Origin: Tetramitus jugosus
Lineage: Eukaryota > Protista > Heterolobosea
DNA length: 64,000 nt
Reading direction: 5' to 3'
Assembly (NCBI GenBank): GCA_937625935.1
Contig: OW569377.1
Span: 62,001-126,000 of the forward strand
The position numbers were made by a program, and so were the translations under genes. The notes under the pieces were generated by a model. The model was not told where the DNA came from, made no database searches, and was given only the letters and a program-made list of their open reading frames with translations. Positions 62,494 to 64,000 of the stretch are shown in pieces (position 1 is the stretch's first letter; the number at the start of each line of letters is the position of its first letter).

Positions 62494-64000
62494 CTATTTG
62501 ACCTTTTTCCGTTTATTGTTCTTCTTCGTGATGATGAGTCCTTTTCTCTTCTGGGGACCAATCACCTTCTTTGCTGGTGCAGATTCTGGCTCAACAATCT
62601 CAGTGTTGATAAACTTCTCCACCTTTTCCTCTTCGCTCAAATGTCGATTACGGACAAAACAAGAAACAAAGAAACCATTGGTCAAATGTTCCTTTGGATA
62701 ACAACGGATCACATAGGGAGCAATTCGTTCCATAGAGTAATACTTTCCCAATCGCTTATCATTGCATGTTCCCCTACTCGTCCACTCTGGGAAGCACTTG
62801 TAAAGGCCAAATAACTCTGAATTATCATTCTTTTGTGGTAGTGGCTGATTATTCAAAACATTGAACACTGTTTTTTCATTCTCAGTTTCATGAATGGAAC
62901 AAGTCGAATAGACGACGCATTCCACATTAGGGAACGAAAATGCATGTTTCAGCAATGTACATTGGAAGTTGTGCAGCTTATCTAGTCGTTGTTGACTCTC
63001 ATCGTTAACTCCTCTTCCAACAATACCACTTCCGGAACAACTTGGATCCAACATGATTGCTCTCACATTCTTAAACTTCTCATCGTTTGGATCCACTGTT
63101 AAAAAGTCCTTGTGAATCGGTTGAACCAAGTCATTCTCCAATCCACCTGCAGCCTTCAATCGATTCTTCAAAATCTCAACACGTTTCACATCTCTATCAA
63201 ACGCAAACACTTTCATATTCTTTCGATTGGCATCAAGTGCGACACGAGCAGCCAAAAACGATGTCTTGTTTCCAGGTGCAGCACACGCATCAATAAAATC
63301 AAACTTTTTCTTGTTCTTGGCCGATGAAGAAATGAGATTCAACTTGTTCAATGTTTGCATCAACACGTGAACTGGCATACAACTCGCCTTGTCTTGAACA
63401 ATCACTTGTCCCTTTTGAACAATGGATAATTCGTGAGTAGCAGTTGTAATTGGATAGAGCAACAATAGCTCTGGTATGTGTTCGTCCTTGATGACATGTT
63501 TCTTGCTGTTTCGATCCAAAACATTTGCACTTTCATCATTCTTGTTCACCATACTAGTTGTCTCGTCATCACCGTTATCATCATGCTCAAATCCCAATCG
63601 CCTCAACTCGTCAATTACACTCTTTTCATTGCTCTTTAATGTGTTTACTCTTAAAAATCGATTAATAAACTCTTGTTTTTGACTGTTATTGTTGTTACTG
63701 TTATTGTTGGATTGAGTATCATCGTGATACTCTGTCGAAAACTGACTCAATCGCAACAAATCTTCATTATTCTTCACCTTTTCATTATTGTCAATCTTCA
63801 ATTGCACCAATGTTTGATTCCAAACCGAGTAATACTTTGTTTTAATCAGAGGAAACAATGGATGATGCAATTTCAAAAAACTTTCAAACATATTCTTGAG
63901 TAATTGAGTGTCCTGTGATGCCTGACCGAATAGTGTCTCATATACTGCTACCATGACCATACTCTTGTCCACCAATTGTCGTTTTCGTTTCTCATTTTTA
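62494..64000 (-). CDS. NSUN5: NSUN5/Rcm1-like rRNA m5C methyltransferase, 5' end outside window
   Basis: RFLRVNTLK, VQDKASC, IDACAAPGNKTS, MLDPSCSGSG, VVYSTCSIHETENE, TNGFFV; frame open to the window edge. Confidence 0.92.
   Translation of the reverse strand, partial: KNEKRKRQLVDKSMVMVAVYETLFGQASQDTQLLKNMFESFLKLHHPLFPLIKTKYYSVWNQTLVQLKIDNNEKVKNNEDLLRLSQFSTEYHDDTQSNNNSNNNNSQKQEFINRFLRVNTLKSNEKSVIDELRRLGFEHDDNGDDETTSMVNKNDESANVLDRNSKKHVIKDEHIPELLLLYPITTATHELSIVQKGQVIVQDKASCMPVHVLMQTLNKLNLISSSAKNKKKFDFIDACAAPGNKTSFLAARVALDANRKNMKVFAFDRDVKRVEILKNRLKAAGGLENDLVQPIHKDFLTVDPNDEKFKNVRAIMLDPSCSGSGIVGRGVNDESQQRLDKLHNFQCTLLKHAFSFPNVECVVYSTCSIHETENEKTVFNVLNNQPLPQKNDNSELFGLYKCFPEWTSRGTCNDKRLGKYYSMERIAPYVIRCYPKEHLTNGFFVSCFVRNRHLSEEEKVEKFINTEIVEPESAPAKKVIGPQKRKGLIITKKNNKRKKVK

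Overview
Gene-dense nuclear DNA from a eukaryotic microbe. It has short GT-AG introns, A-rich start contexts and long poly-Q/N/S/H tracts; a free-living amoeboid or flagellate protist, possibly heterolobosean, is my inference only. About 33 protein genes are supportable, including a kinesin, a Rab, eIF5A, a MAK kinase, GnT-I, a double-AAA ATPase, a Kelch-PB1-MAPKKK, an RWP-RK factor, RPB12, a Skp1-like protein, a NEDD8-like protein and NSUN5. Main highlights: (1) a 5.27-kb APE-type non-LTR retrotransposon (31759-37028, minus strand) with a perfect 13-bp target-site duplication, an A23 tail and twin 3'-UTR hairpins, inserted about 43-55 bp upstream of a tRNA-Val(CAC) gene with its 5' end facing the tRNA, like Dictyostelium TRE5; it has an 11-nt leader and one in-frame UGA between endonuclease and RT. 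(2) An F-box protein with tandem ClpS-like domains (candidate SCF N-recognin) lying tail-to-tail with a Skp1-like gene. (3) A selenoprotein K gene missed by the ORF track (UGA-Gly-stop plus a type II SECIS) with a long fold-back starting at its stop codon. (4) A Delta9-desaturase/cytochrome b5 fused to a DesA/FAD6-like domain that has lost its His boxes.
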